From Silvanigrellaceae bacterium (lineage in GTDB: Bacteria; Bdellovibrionota_B; Oligoflexia; Silvanigrellales; Silvanigrellaceae), in assembly GCA_049423385.1 (NCBI GenBank), contig JBMSQQ010000047.1:1-26812 (forward strand): 26,812 nucleotides of DNA, given 5' to 3'. The notes below the pieces were generated by a model. It saw only the letters and a list, made by a program, of their open reading frames with translations. It did not search any database and had not been told where the DNA came from. This document shows, piece after piece, positions 8,537-17,053 of the stretch. A program made the position numbers and the translations under genes. Position 1 is the stretch's first letter. Each line of letters starts with the position of its first letter.

Positions 8537-9808
8537 TCAGCGTACACAGGAAGCAACGGATTCACGACCAACACAACCTGTCATCCATTCACGAACCTTG
8601 GAATGGGCCGGTGTGCAATCTGCAATCACCTGGTGTGCCGGACCACGAACTACGGCCCCAAGTGCAACGGCAATAGAAACGCTGTTTCCCGAACCATCGT
8701 AAGGAACCCACAAGGTTCCGCCTGCCGCCGCAACACGTCCAGCCTGCAAGCCAGGAATCGGACCGTGAAATGACATCTTCGACTTCAGCTCTGCTTCGTC
8801 AAATACAAACATTGGATTCAGGTAGCTCGATGGAGCAGGTGCGTTACCTGCATAAAATGCGGGTGCGGAATCCACGGACACCGAACTGAATGCAACCTCT
8901 TTTTTGGTCTGGACATCGCTGATTTTGGCTGCGAATCCGAGGATGTACTGCTCATTTGCGGCCAAGGCAGTGCCATTGGAATTGGCTTTCCGCCAAATGA
9001 CGTCAACGGCACCACTTGTTCCACAGCTGTAGATACGCTCATGGCGGAATTGAGCGTCATAGCTCGCCGGCCTTCCAACGGGTCGAAGGTCGAGTGGGGT
9101 TGACGATGAATTTGAAGCTGGAGTTGGAGCGGCGCCTGGCTTGTTTGCTGCAGAGGAGACAGGACCTCTGTCACCCTTGAATCCATGAGAACCATCGGCA
9201 ACGAGATAGCTCTTCATTCTCTCCCGTACAATATCGCTCACCGGTTGGCACTTGAATTCAAGGGTTTTGCCTTCGCTCGTGATCACGAAATAGCGGTTGG
9301 CAAACGCACCGGCGTCTTTGCTTTTTGGTATCGCGAGCGTTGCACCAGTGACATCATTGAATTTGTAATCAGCGCCATTGATGCGTTGAAATCCCCAACC
9401 CGATTTCAGTTCGTCTTGCGGATATTGCAGAGAATAACCAATGTAGCTCATCACCGGGAACGATTCGGAAGGTTTGAGTTCCGGTGTCCGGTAGCGTGGC
9501 TCATCGATTGTGGAAACACTTCGGAATTCAAACTTTTGCCCATTGGTGCTCTCGAGTGAACCGGCAAAACCAAGAATGTACGGAGTCACACTTTCACCGT
9601 TGGAACGCTTCATGCGCCAGACGAAATCGAATCCTCCGGCTTCCTTGCCCTTGGCATCCTTGCAAACCGTGAAGCGAGTCACTTCGAATTGTTGAGCAAA
9701 TGCAGTATCTCCGGCCGATTGCATTCCCGAGTTGAACGTCCGTGGCTTGCAACCCACAAAAACTGCTCCAGAGACAATCAAAAAGCTGAGTGAAGACTTC
9801 AATTTCAC
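8537..9808 (-). CDS. Lipoprotein of unknown function with two tandem homologous domains
   Basis: GTG 9808 follows GGGGAG. Lipobox FVGC-KPRTFN. The two halves share motifs (VWR/IWR..SNG, YILGFA, SVS, ELKS, TL.[IV]P, C.P....VRE.M) and are separated by a Pro/Ser/Ala linker. Confidence 0.8.
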   Translation of the reverse strand: MKLKSSLSFLIVSGAVFVGCKPRTFNSGMQSAGDTAFAQQFEVTRFTVCKDAKGKEAGGFDFVWRMKRSNGESVTPYILGFAGSLESTNGQKFEFRSVSTIDEPRYRTPELKPSESFPVMSYIGYSLQYPQDELKSGWGFQRINGADYKFNDVTGATLAIPKSKDAGAFANRYFVITSEGKTLEFKCQPVSDIVRERMKSYLVADGSHGFKGDRGPVSSAANKPGAAPTPASNSSSTPLDLRPVGRPASYDAQFRHERIYSCGTSGAVDVIWRKANSNGTALAANEQYILGFAAKISDVQTKKEVAFSSVSVDSAPAFYAGNAPAPSSYLNPMFVFDEAELKSKMSFHGPIPGLQAGRVAAAGGTLWVPYDGSGNSVSIAVALGAVVRGPAHQVIADCTPAHSKVREWMTGCVGRESVASCVR

Positions 9809-10039
9809 AAGCACTCCCCTGAATATTGAATTTGATTTATGAATCGAGACCGGCTCGGAAAGTCTATTGCGAAGGAAGGCAAATCTCGAGTCGAAAAGGA
9901 AATCCGCCAAAAAATTGAACGCCAATGGCGACCTTTTCAATTTGGATGCGAATTTGACCCACTCATTCTCGCAAGCTAATCCTGATATGCTTTGACTTCC
10001 CAAGCGAAGTCGGTTTCATGACAAAAACGGAGCATAAAA

Positions 10040-10648
10040 ATGAAAGTTGGGATCATCTCTGGCAGTCACCGCAAAAATTCACAATCCATGCGCGTTGCAC
10101 ACTGGGTTCAAAAGAGGCTGACACAACTCGGATTGAGCCAGACCACTTCAATCCTTGAACTCGCCACTGCAGATATCCCGTTCTGGGACGAGGGCATGTG
10201 GTCGGGCGACGAACGCTGGAAAAAAATCTGGAGTGGACACTCGCAAAACCTTGCCAGCTGCGATGCATTTGTGATTGTCGCACCAGAGTATGGCGGCATG
10301 GTTCCACCTGCGCTCAAGAATATTTTCCTGCTTGCGAGCAATCAGGAGCTGGCCCACAAGCCTGCTTTGATTGTTGGAATCTCATCGGGCCGTTCCGGCA
10401 CCTATCCCATCTCGGAGCTCCGGACGAGCAGCTATAAAAACACCCGCATCTGTTACATCCCCGATCACATGATCCTGCGTGAAGTCGAAAAACTCTTTGT
10501 GAGCGAAGAGCCCTCTGCTCCGTTTGAAGGCGACACCCGCGCCAGGCTCGATTATTTTTTGAAGGTCCTGGGAGAATACTCCAAGGCTCTTCAGCTCGTC
10601 CGCGAAAGCGGAGTCATCGACACCAAAACCTTTCCGAACGGTCTTTAA
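10040..10648 (+). CDS. NAD(P)H-dependent FMN reductase
   Basis: Motifs IISGSHRKNSQS, DAFVIVAPEYGGMVPPALKN and KPALIVGISSG; GGAG RBS. Confidence 0.92.
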   Translation: MKVGIISGSHRKNSQSMRVAHWVQKRLTQLGLSQTTSILELATADIPFWDEGMWSGDERWKKIWSGHSQNLASCDAFVIVAPEYGGMVPPALKNIFLLASNQELAHKPALIVGISSGRSGTYPISELRTSSYKNTRICYIPDHMILREVEKLFVSEEPSAPFEGDTRARLDYFLKVLGEYSKALQLVRESGVIDTKTFPNGL

Positions 10649-10666
10649 TCACTGGAGGACTCTTTC

Positions 10667-11311
10667 ATGTCTGAGCTTGAATTGGTTCAACACGCATTGC
10701 AATGGCGATACGCAGTCAAGAAATTTGATCCGCAAAAAAAGATTCCATCAGCCCACTGGACGGTTTTGAAGGAATCGTTGCGCATGGCTCCATCATCTTA
10801 TGGCCTTCAACCCTGGAAATTCATCGTTGTTGAAAACAGCCAGCTCAGGCAAAAGCTGAGAGAAGTTTCGTGGAATCAGTCGCAGGTGACCGACTGCTCG
10901 CACTATGTGGTTCTCGCTTTCAGGGAAAAAGTTGATCCCGAATTCATTCACAAAAACATGCAAAAAATCTCTTCAGTTCGAAACGTCGGACTGGAAAGCC
11001 TGGCCGGATTTGAAAAAGCCATCACTGGCGATCTCGTTCTGGGACCAAGGTCCAAGGATATTGCTGCCTGGGCTCAACGACAAGTTTACATCGCCATGGG
11101 ATTCCTGCTGCACAGTGCCGGTATTTTGAAAATCGACTCAACTCCCATGGAGGGACTCGATCCGTCTGCCTACGACGACATCCTTGAGCTCAAGGGCACC
11201 GGCTGGAAGACCGTGGCCGCAGTTGCCCTGGGTTATCGTCATGCCGAAGATCCATTTATCCAGAATAAAAAAGTCCGCTTTGACGAAGCCGAAGTTTTCG
11301 TGACGAAATGA
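10667..11311 (+). CDS. Nitroreductase family NAD(P)H-dependent oxidoreductase (NfsB-like)
   Basis: Motifs WRYAVKKFD, APSSYGLQPWKFIVV, NQSQV, QVYIAMG, IDSTPMEG and ALGYR; GGAGG RBS. Confidence 0.93.
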   Translation: MSELELVQHALQWRYAVKKFDPQKKIPSAHWTVLKESLRMAPSSYGLQPWKFIVVENSQLRQKLREVSWNQSQVTDCSHYVVLAFREKVDPEFIHKNMQKISSVRNVGLESLAGFEKAITGDLVLGPRSKDIAAWAQRQVYIAMGFLLHSAGILKIDSTPMEGLDPSAYDDILELKGTGWKTVAAVALGYRHAEDPFIQNKKVRFDEAEVFVTK

Positions 11312-11362
11312 ATTGCATCTTCGTTTTCTGAATCTGGCGCGCACCATCAGGGAAGTTTTTAC

Positions 11363-12640
11363 ATGATAACCGATCCGCTGCTGCTGAAGATTTCAACTGT
11401 CTTTTTTGCGTGCGCAGTTCTTCACACCTTCTGCACCAAAAAATTCAACAGTTGGGCCAAAAATTTTCGCGAGGGTTCTGGCCTCGAAAATCTTTTTCAT
11501 TTCCTGGGTGAAGTTGAAGTCGTCTTCGGCCTCTGGGCCTTTCTTTTTCTTTTTGCAGTGTCGATGCATTCGGGAACAAACGCCGCGGCCGAATACATGA
11601 ATCAGGTCAATTTCTCCGAAGCCGTGTTTGTGTTCGTTATCATGTGCCTCGCCTCGACCCGACCAGTGATGCAGTTTGCCGAACGCCTGATTCGCGGTGT
11701 TGCAGCATTGATGCCAATTCCACAAACAGTGGCTTTTTATGCCGCCAGCCTGATTATTGGCCCATTGCTGGGATCGCTCATCACCGAGCCTGCCGCCATG
11801 ACAGTCACGGCGCTGTTGCTGCGCAACAGCTTCTTCAATCAACCAACTTCGGCGCGTCTCCGTTATGGAACGCTGGGGCTTTTGTTCGTGAACGTATCGA
11901 TTGGAGGGACCCTGACCCACTTTGCAGCACCACCTGTCCTGATGGTGGTGGGTCCATGGAAGTGGGATTTGCTCTTCGTGCTGAAAAGCATTGGCATCAA
12001 GGCACTCGTATCGGTGCTGATAGGTACAACCGCGACGCTTCTTTTTTTCTGGCGAGAATTGGTGTCAATGCGCCTGGAAAAGGAGACGGAAGTTCGACCG
12101 CCTGCACCACTCTGGCTCACATTGATACATCTGGGTGTGATGTTGCTTACGGTCGTTTATCACACACGGATTGCATTCTTTCTGCCACTGTTTCTGCTGT
12201 TCATTGGTCTGACTGAAGTCACCCGCGAACATCAGAATCAACTCAAAATCAAGGAAAGCTTGCTCGTTGGTTTTTTTCTGGGCGGACTCGTCACACTTGG
12301 AGGGCTCCAAGGCTGGTGGCTCAAGGATGTTGTCGCTGCCCTCAATCCCCTGGCATTGTTCCTGAGCGCAACAGGCCTGACAGCCATCACCGACAATGCT
12401 GCGCTGACGTATTTGGGAACATTGGTTCCCGACTTGAGCGACGCTGGCAAGGTTGCACTTGTGGGTGGTGCTGTCGCGGGCGGTGGTCTTACGGTGATTG
12501 CCAATGCTCCCAATCCCGCAGGATACGGTATACTCAAGGACGTTTTCGGAGATGAAGGCATCAGTCCGCTGGGACTTTTGCTCGCAGCCTTGCCCACCAC
12601 CGTGCTTTTCATGGTCATTTTTCTTCTTGCCGGACAATAA
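11363..12640 (+). CDS. Putative Na+/H+ antiporter (DUF1504 / Na_H_antiport_3, IT superfamily)
   Basis: Highly hydrophobic. Motifs LGEVEVVFGLW, ITEPAAMT, NVSIGGTLTHFAAPPVLMV, TDNAALTY and GGGLTVIANAPNPAG. Confidence 0.88.
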   Translation: MITDPLLLKISTVFFACAVLHTFCTKKFNSWAKNFREGSGLENLFHFLGEVEVVFGLWAFLFLFAVSMHSGTNAAAEYMNQVNFSEAVFVFVIMCLASTRPVMQFAERLIRGVAALMPIPQTVAFYAASLIIGPLLGSLITEPAAMTVTALLLRNSFFNQPTSARLRYGTLGLLFVNVSIGGTLTHFAAPPVLMVVGPWKWDLLFVLKSIGIKALVSVLIGTTATLLFFWRELVSMRLEKETEVRPPAPLWLTLIHLGVMLLTVVYHTRIAFFLPLFLLFIGLTEVTREHQNQLKIKESLLVGFFLGGLVTLGGLQGWWLKDVVAALNPLALFLSATGLTAITDNAALTYLGTLVPDLSDAGKVALVGGAVAGGGLTVIANAPNPAGYGILKDVFGDEGISPLGLLLAALPTTVLFMVIFLLAGQ

Positions 12641-12720
12641 TTTCAGCATCTTGAAGGCAATTGCGACAACCCGGATTCTGTGCGAGGACAGCTCTCTTGA
12701 AAATCAGGGGGAGTGCCCAA

Positions 12721-13989
12721 ATGTACAGATCGCATCGTTCACGCAAGTCTTTTGCCGCACAATGGCTCTCAGCCGCAATGTTGATTGCATTTTTTTCAGC
12801 CTTTGCATCGTCGCTGACTGCGTTTGCGGCCGAAAAAAACCCATTGGTCAACAACTTTGCCGATCTCCTCACAGGCATGTTCGACAGTTCATCACAGGCC
12901 ATTGACGACTCCGAATACCTTGATGTCACGGTTCACCACTGTGCCATCACCGTGAACAACCTGCCGCGCGACAAGCGCAGTGGACGATTCCTTGCGTTGC
13001 GTCAATCGGTGAGCACCTCGGATTCCCCCTACCGCGTGCGTGTTCTGAGAATATTCGCAGGCGAAAACAGCGACGTTGTCAGGGTATCAAGCTACGGAAC
13101 CATGGAAGGTATCAATCTTTCAGACGTCTGCTTCAAGCCTGAAAATGAGCGGATGATTGGCTTTGCACAACTCGCAGAGGAAAAGTGCACGACTGAATCG
13201 CACTATGAAAACGGCCGTTTTGTGGGCGGAACAACGGGTGAAGGTTGCCCGAGTTCGCGCGCAGGTGCAGTCCGCATGACCAGCGAAATCACCCTCGATG
13301 GCAAAGGAATGACCACATGGGATCGCGGCTGGAATGCAGCGGGCCAGGTGGTGTGGGGCCCCGAAAAAGGTCCGTACCGTTTCGAACGCGTCACTGCGCA
13401 GGATGTGCGTCTTGCCCAACTCGCATCATTTTTTTCGGGAAGCTTCTCCAATGCAGAACAGGTGGCTCAAGATCCGAAAAACTTTATTCCTGTTTCATAT
13501 CAATTCTGCCAAATCGATGCCGCCCAAAATCCGTTGCGGCCTTTCACACGGCTGATGCTTGCGCAACAAACAGTCAGCACTCCCGCACGCACCATCCAGC
13601 GCAACCGAGTCTACGAATTTTTCCGCAATGCTGATGGCAAAATCGGCATCCGCACCAATCCCTTCGAAGAAAGCAAAGTGCCGGTTGACGTTTGCCAACG
13701 TGACCTTGCGGAACGTCGAATGATTGCCGACGAGGCACTCGCGCAAAAGGATTCCTGCGTATTGAGTTTCGAATGGAATGAGGCACAGGAAGCGTTCACA
13801 GGAAGCACACCTGCGGAGGGATGCCCAAGCAACTTTCAAGGTGCGGTGAAATTCACTTTGGAGGAAGTCATCAAGGACGGCCTCATTTCCCCATGGGAAA
13901 GATGGTTCAACGCACAGGGTGAACAGGTTGCAGGTTCCAAGGTTGGTCCTTACATCTACAAGCGCATCAGCAAGACAGTCAATCAATAA
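12721..13989 (+). CDS. Exported protein with two tandem CpcT/CpeT (T-type bilin lyase-like) domains
   Basis: ATG 12721 follows GGGGGAG; signal peptide ends AFA. Domain 1: G.FDSSSQA, PYRVRV, GC, WDRGWNAAGQVVWGPEKGPYRF. Domain 2: GSFSNAEQ, QRNRV, GC, WERWFNAQGEQVAGSKVGPYIY. Confidence 0.82.
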   Translation: MYRSHRSRKSFAAQWLSAAMLIAFFSAFASSLTAFAAEKNPLVNNFADLLTGMFDSSSQAIDDSEYLDVTVHHCAITVNNLPRDKRSGRFLALRQSVSTSDSPYRVRVLRIFAGENSDVVRVSSYGTMEGINLSDVCFKPENERMIGFAQLAEEKCTTESHYENGRFVGGTTGEGCPSSRAGAVRMTSEITLDGKGMTTWDRGWNAAGQVVWGPEKGPYRFERVTAQDVRLAQLASFFSGSFSNAEQVAQDPKNFIPVSYQFCQIDAAQNPLRPFTRLMLAQQTVSTPARTIQRNRVYEFFRNADGKIGIRTNPFEESKVPVDVCQRDLAERRMIADEALAQKDSCVLSFEWNEAQEAFTGSTPAEGCPSNFQGAVKFTLEEVIKDGLISPWERWFNAQGEQVAGSKVGPYIYKRISKTVNQ

Positions 13990-14020
13990 GCTTGGAATCA
14001 TTGAGTTTGCTGATTGAAAG

Positions 14021-14056
14021 AAAAGCCTGTGATGAGATGATCATCACAGGCTTTTT
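14021..14056. terminator. Bidirectional rho-independent terminator between convergent genes
   Basis: AAAAGCCTGTGATGA-gatga-TCATCACAGGCTTTT is a perfect 15-bp inverted repeat whose ends give a U-tract on either strand. Confidence 0.9.
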
Positions 14057-14081
14057 CGTTGCAGCGGGGGAGGTCGATGAT

Positions 14082-14711
14082 TCACCGGGCGATAAAGAAC
14101 GATGCCCCGTTTGAATCTGCGCCCGAGCTGATGCGGCAACGGAACATTTCATCCATCTTGATGCCGTAGTCCCTGGGATCGAGGTAGTTGACCTTCACCA
14201 AAACTTCACCATCGTCGTAGATCTTCGCACTGCCATAGTTGAGAACGAATCCGCGGATCGAGATGAGCTTTGTTTCAGAAGCGGCGATATAAGTGCGCTT
14301 GTCTGCGCGCTTGGAAGTGATTCCAGTGCCAAAGTGCTCCCATGTTTCAAATTTCATTCCACCAATCGCATCCATGCCAGCCTTGTCGCTGCCGTAGCAG
14401 CTTGCTGGCTTGACCGAATTCGCAAGCTTGCAGGCAACGTCGGAGGTCTGTTCGTCGGGGTTGGTGACATTGCTTTCGACAAATTCCTTCAAAAAAAGGA
14501 ATTCACATTTCTTGTAATCAAACACGGAACGCACGGATTTGCCGTTGACCAGAGCGTTCAGTATTTCGGCGTGGTTCAACAAACGCTTTTCCATGCCGGC
14601 GACAATGGCATCCGTGACCGGCTTCCAAGGGTTCAAACCACCCGCTGATGCCTGCGGATTCACCAGAGTCAATCCAAGAGCCGAAGACAGCAAAAACAAA
14701 GAGTTCTTCAT
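14082..14711 (-). CDS. Secreted VirK-like family protein
   Basis: Signal peptide ends ASA. ILNALVNGKSVRSVFDYKKC, DAIGG and the C-terminal DDGEVLVKVNYLDP.Y....FRC.I...GASFF resemble my recollection of the Agrobacterium/Xanthomonas-type VirK family. GGAG RBS. Confidence 0.55.
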   Translation of the reverse strand: MKNSLFLLSSALGLTLVNPQASAGGLNPWKPVTDAIVAGMEKRLLNHAEILNALVNGKSVRSVFDYKKCEFLFLKEFVESNVTNPDEQTSDVACKLANSVKPASCYGSDKAGMDAIGGMKFETWEHFGTGITSKRADKRTYIAASETKLISIRGFVLNYGSAKIYDDGEVLVKVNYLDPRDYGIKMDEMFRCRISSGADSNGASFFIAR

Positions 14712-14884
14712 GATTCAAATCTCCACATATGGGATCCGGGTGCCGCGACTCAGCCGGACTAACAGCATTCAACTCCACCGACAAGTCAGGTTGCGCACGT
14801 TGTCGAATCCTTGAACACCAGGCCGTCCCTTCAACTCCATTGATTTTCGCCACTTCGCTCGCAGCAGCGGGTGGATTTGCAGAG

Positions 14885-14900
14885 TGGCACGAATCCTGCA
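14885..14900 (+). promoter_or_regulatory. Putative sigma54 (-24/-12) promoter for the M48 peptidase operon
   Basis: TGGCACGAATCCTGCA versus the consensus TGGCACG-N4-TTGCW, with correct GG-N10-GC spacing; 50 nt upstream of ATG 14951. Confidence 0.65.
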
Positions 14901-14950
14901 TCCGGGTGGCGTCTAGACGCGAAGCTGCGTCCTGCAAAGGAGAGTTTTTT

Positions 14951-15835
14951 ATGAAAATCCAACGACATGGAATGCTTTTGTCCTCAATCCCATTGTTTGC
15001 CGCAGCTTTCGGTGCGCTTGTTGCAACCGCGTGCGGAGCAAGTGCAGAGCAGCCCGAGGCAACGACCCAGGAATGGGGCACTTCTGTGCAGGCAGGACAG
15101 GCTGAAGCAGAAAAGCTGCGCAACTTTACTCTTGAAGACGAATACAAATACGGAGCCGAACTCGACGCGGCAATCAAGGACCCTGCCCGCGCCAATGAAA
15201 CCGGCGTGACAATCTCCACACTCGAAAATCATCCATCGGTTGCATACATCAACCGCATTGGCCAGCGACTCGCCGCAGCCTCTGATCGGCCCGACATCGT
15301 CTTCAAATTCCAGGTCGTGAAGGAAGACACCGTGAATGCCTTTGCGACCATGGGTGGCTACGTTTACATGCACACGGGCCTGATCAAATCGGCAACCAAC
15401 GAAGCACAGGTTGCTGGCGTCATGGCTCACGAGCTTTCACACATCACGCACAAGCACGCGCTGCAATCCATGGCAAGTCAAGCCGTGTATGGCGGTTGGG
15501 TAAAGGGAGTTGGTGGCTTGGGAGGCCTCATCATCAACCTTGGTTCTGCCGTTTTGTTCAGACTTCCAGGCAGCCGTGCGTTTGAGTTTGAAGCAGATGG
15601 AACAGGTTTCGAAATCATGCGCCGCGCGGGTTATCCAGCAGATCAAATGGTCGAATTCTTCCGCAACGTGCTTGCAAAGGGCGATCCCAACGACGGCAAG
15701 CGTCGTGATTGGCTTTCAACTCACCCCGACACATCGCGGCGCATCAATGCGCTCAATCAACGCTTGACTCCGGGCGACAGCAGGGGACTTGGTTTGAACG
15801 CCTCCGAGCATGCACAAATTATAAATTCGCTTTGA
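14951..15835 (+). CDS. M48-family zinc metallopeptidase lipoprotein (BepA/LoiP-like)
   Basis: Motifs VNAFATMGGYVY, AHELSH (HExxH), SRAFEFEAD and WLSTHP; lipobox ATAC. ATG 14951 follows AAGGAG, so it is preferred over 14729. Confidence 0.93.
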   Translation: MKIQRHGMLLSSIPLFAAAFGALVATACGASAEQPEATTQEWGTSVQAGQAEAEKLRNFTLEDEYKYGAELDAAIKDPARANETGVTISTLENHPSVAYINRIGQRLAAASDRPDIVFKFQVVKEDTVNAFATMGGYVYMHTGLIKSATNEAQVAGVMAHELSHITHKHALQSMASQAVYGGWVKGVGGLGGLIINLGSAVLFRLPGSRAFEFEADGTGFEIMRRAGYPADQMVEFFRNVLAKGDPNDGKRRDWLSTHPDTSRRINALNQRLTPGDSRGLGLNASEHAQIINSL

Positions 15836-15866
15836 GCCTGACTGGACCACGACAGAGGAGGCACAA

Positions 15867-16961
15867 ATGAGAGCTTTGGCAAGAACCCGAATTTCGCTCA
15901 TGCTTTCCTGCGGCAGCACACTGCTGATGTTGGCCTGCGGAAATCGAAATGATTCACTTGACCAAAGCTCCTCTGTGTCGTCGCCCCAGTCAAGCGCTTC
16001 AGCAAAAGGTTTTGCAATCATCGACGAACAGATCACGCAAACAATTGCGGAACGAATGACAGCAAAATGCGCTGAGTTGAAGTTTGAAAAATCTTCGGAT
16101 CTTGAAGGTTGCAGTGCCGCATCCGCTACGCTGGCAGCGGAACTTGATTTTTCATACATCCGTCGCAACGATGGCAACTCAGCCTTTGTTTTCTTCAGCA
16201 AAAAACTGCATGCACTGATGGCGGATCCTCAGGTTGGAACCTACCTGAATGATCTGCAGATCGCTTGTCTGGATGCAATCTATTCCGGAAAAACATTCAA
16301 TCTGTGGGATTTCACGCTTGCCAAAAGCGGTGGTCGAAGCGAGGTTGCCCTCGAACGCATCGCAGTCTTGTTTCAGGATGGTTCCCAAACTGCGGCCCAG
16401 AAAAAATTTCTTCTCGTTGAACAACATCCCATGGCATTTGTGTTGGGGCAAACTCTGGATTTGCTCGACCAGGGACTCGAACGTGGGCAGATCGAAGCGT
16501 ACCCAAAGCCGATCCAATTGAGCCGAACCGCACATTACCATTATTACGTTCCCCGCTTTCTCGCCCAACAACTCTCCAGAAAAAGCCACTCGCAGAAGAT
16601 GTCTGCGCTGGTGCCATTCGTTTTCAATTCCGTTTACGAGCTTCGACAAATCCAGAAAGCGCAAAATTCGGGATTGCCAGCGTTTCACAAAGCCGTGACA
16701 GTGGATCGCGATGAAAACCCGGCTCTCAAGGAATTGGTCGCCAAGTGGAATCGCTTCGACGAACTCTACAGCGACTTGCTGGACCATCTTTCTGCACCTC
16801 TGATTGGTTTCACCCCGCAAGGTCAAAAAGAAAATCTTGAAGACCTGTTCCTTGGGTACCTGGGTGGGCGCGATGGAAGCCGAGGGGGAGGGAATATGAC
16901 CCTGGATGAATTCGTTGCGGACTTTGCCAAGGATCCGGTTCTTTTTTTCAAGTCCAAATAA
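15867..16961 (+). CDS. Lipoprotein of unknown function (largely helical)
   Basis: GAGGAGG RBS; lipobox LLMLAC; Ser-rich linker; 364-aa ORF 31 nt downstream of the M48 gene. Confidence 0.8.
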   Translation: MRALARTRISLMLSCGSTLLMLACGNRNDSLDQSSSVSSPQSSASAKGFAIIDEQITQTIAERMTAKCAELKFEKSSDLEGCSAASATLAAELDFSYIRRNDGNSAFVFFSKKLHALMADPQVGTYLNDLQIACLDAIYSGKTFNLWDFTLAKSGGRSEVALERIAVLFQDGSQTAAQKKFLLVEQHPMAFVLGQTLDLLDQGLERGQIEAYPKPIQLSRTAHYHYYVPRFLAQQLSRKSHSQKMSALVPFVFNSVYELRQIQKAQNSGLPAFHKAVTVDRDENPALKELVAKWNRFDELYSDLLDHLSAPLIGFTPQGQKENLEDLFLGYLGGRDGSRGGGNMTLDEFVADFAKDPVLFFKSK

Positions 16962-17000
16962 CTAAAATTACGCAATAAAAATCAAATGTGAACTGACTCC

Positions 17001-17028
17001 TCAACTCCAGCCCCAACAACTCCGATAT
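17001..17028 (+). promoter_or_regulatory. Possible sigma28/FliA-type promoter of the trypsin-like lipoprotein gene
   Basis: TCAA-N16-TCCGATAT. If real, translation must start downstream of 17027. Confidence 0.4.
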
Positions 17029-17053
17029 GCCATTTGGATTGTTGGGGGCCATG

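Noticed and set aside
9809..10003. 65-aa N-terminal extension of the 488-aa ORF
   Set aside because: The lipoprotein signal and RBS point to GTG 9808; the extension is the divergent promoter region.
14729..14950. N-terminal extension of the M48 ORF, and overlapping ORF 14518..15219
   Set aside because: The RBS and signal peptide begin at 14951, and the extension contains the sigma54-like promoter.
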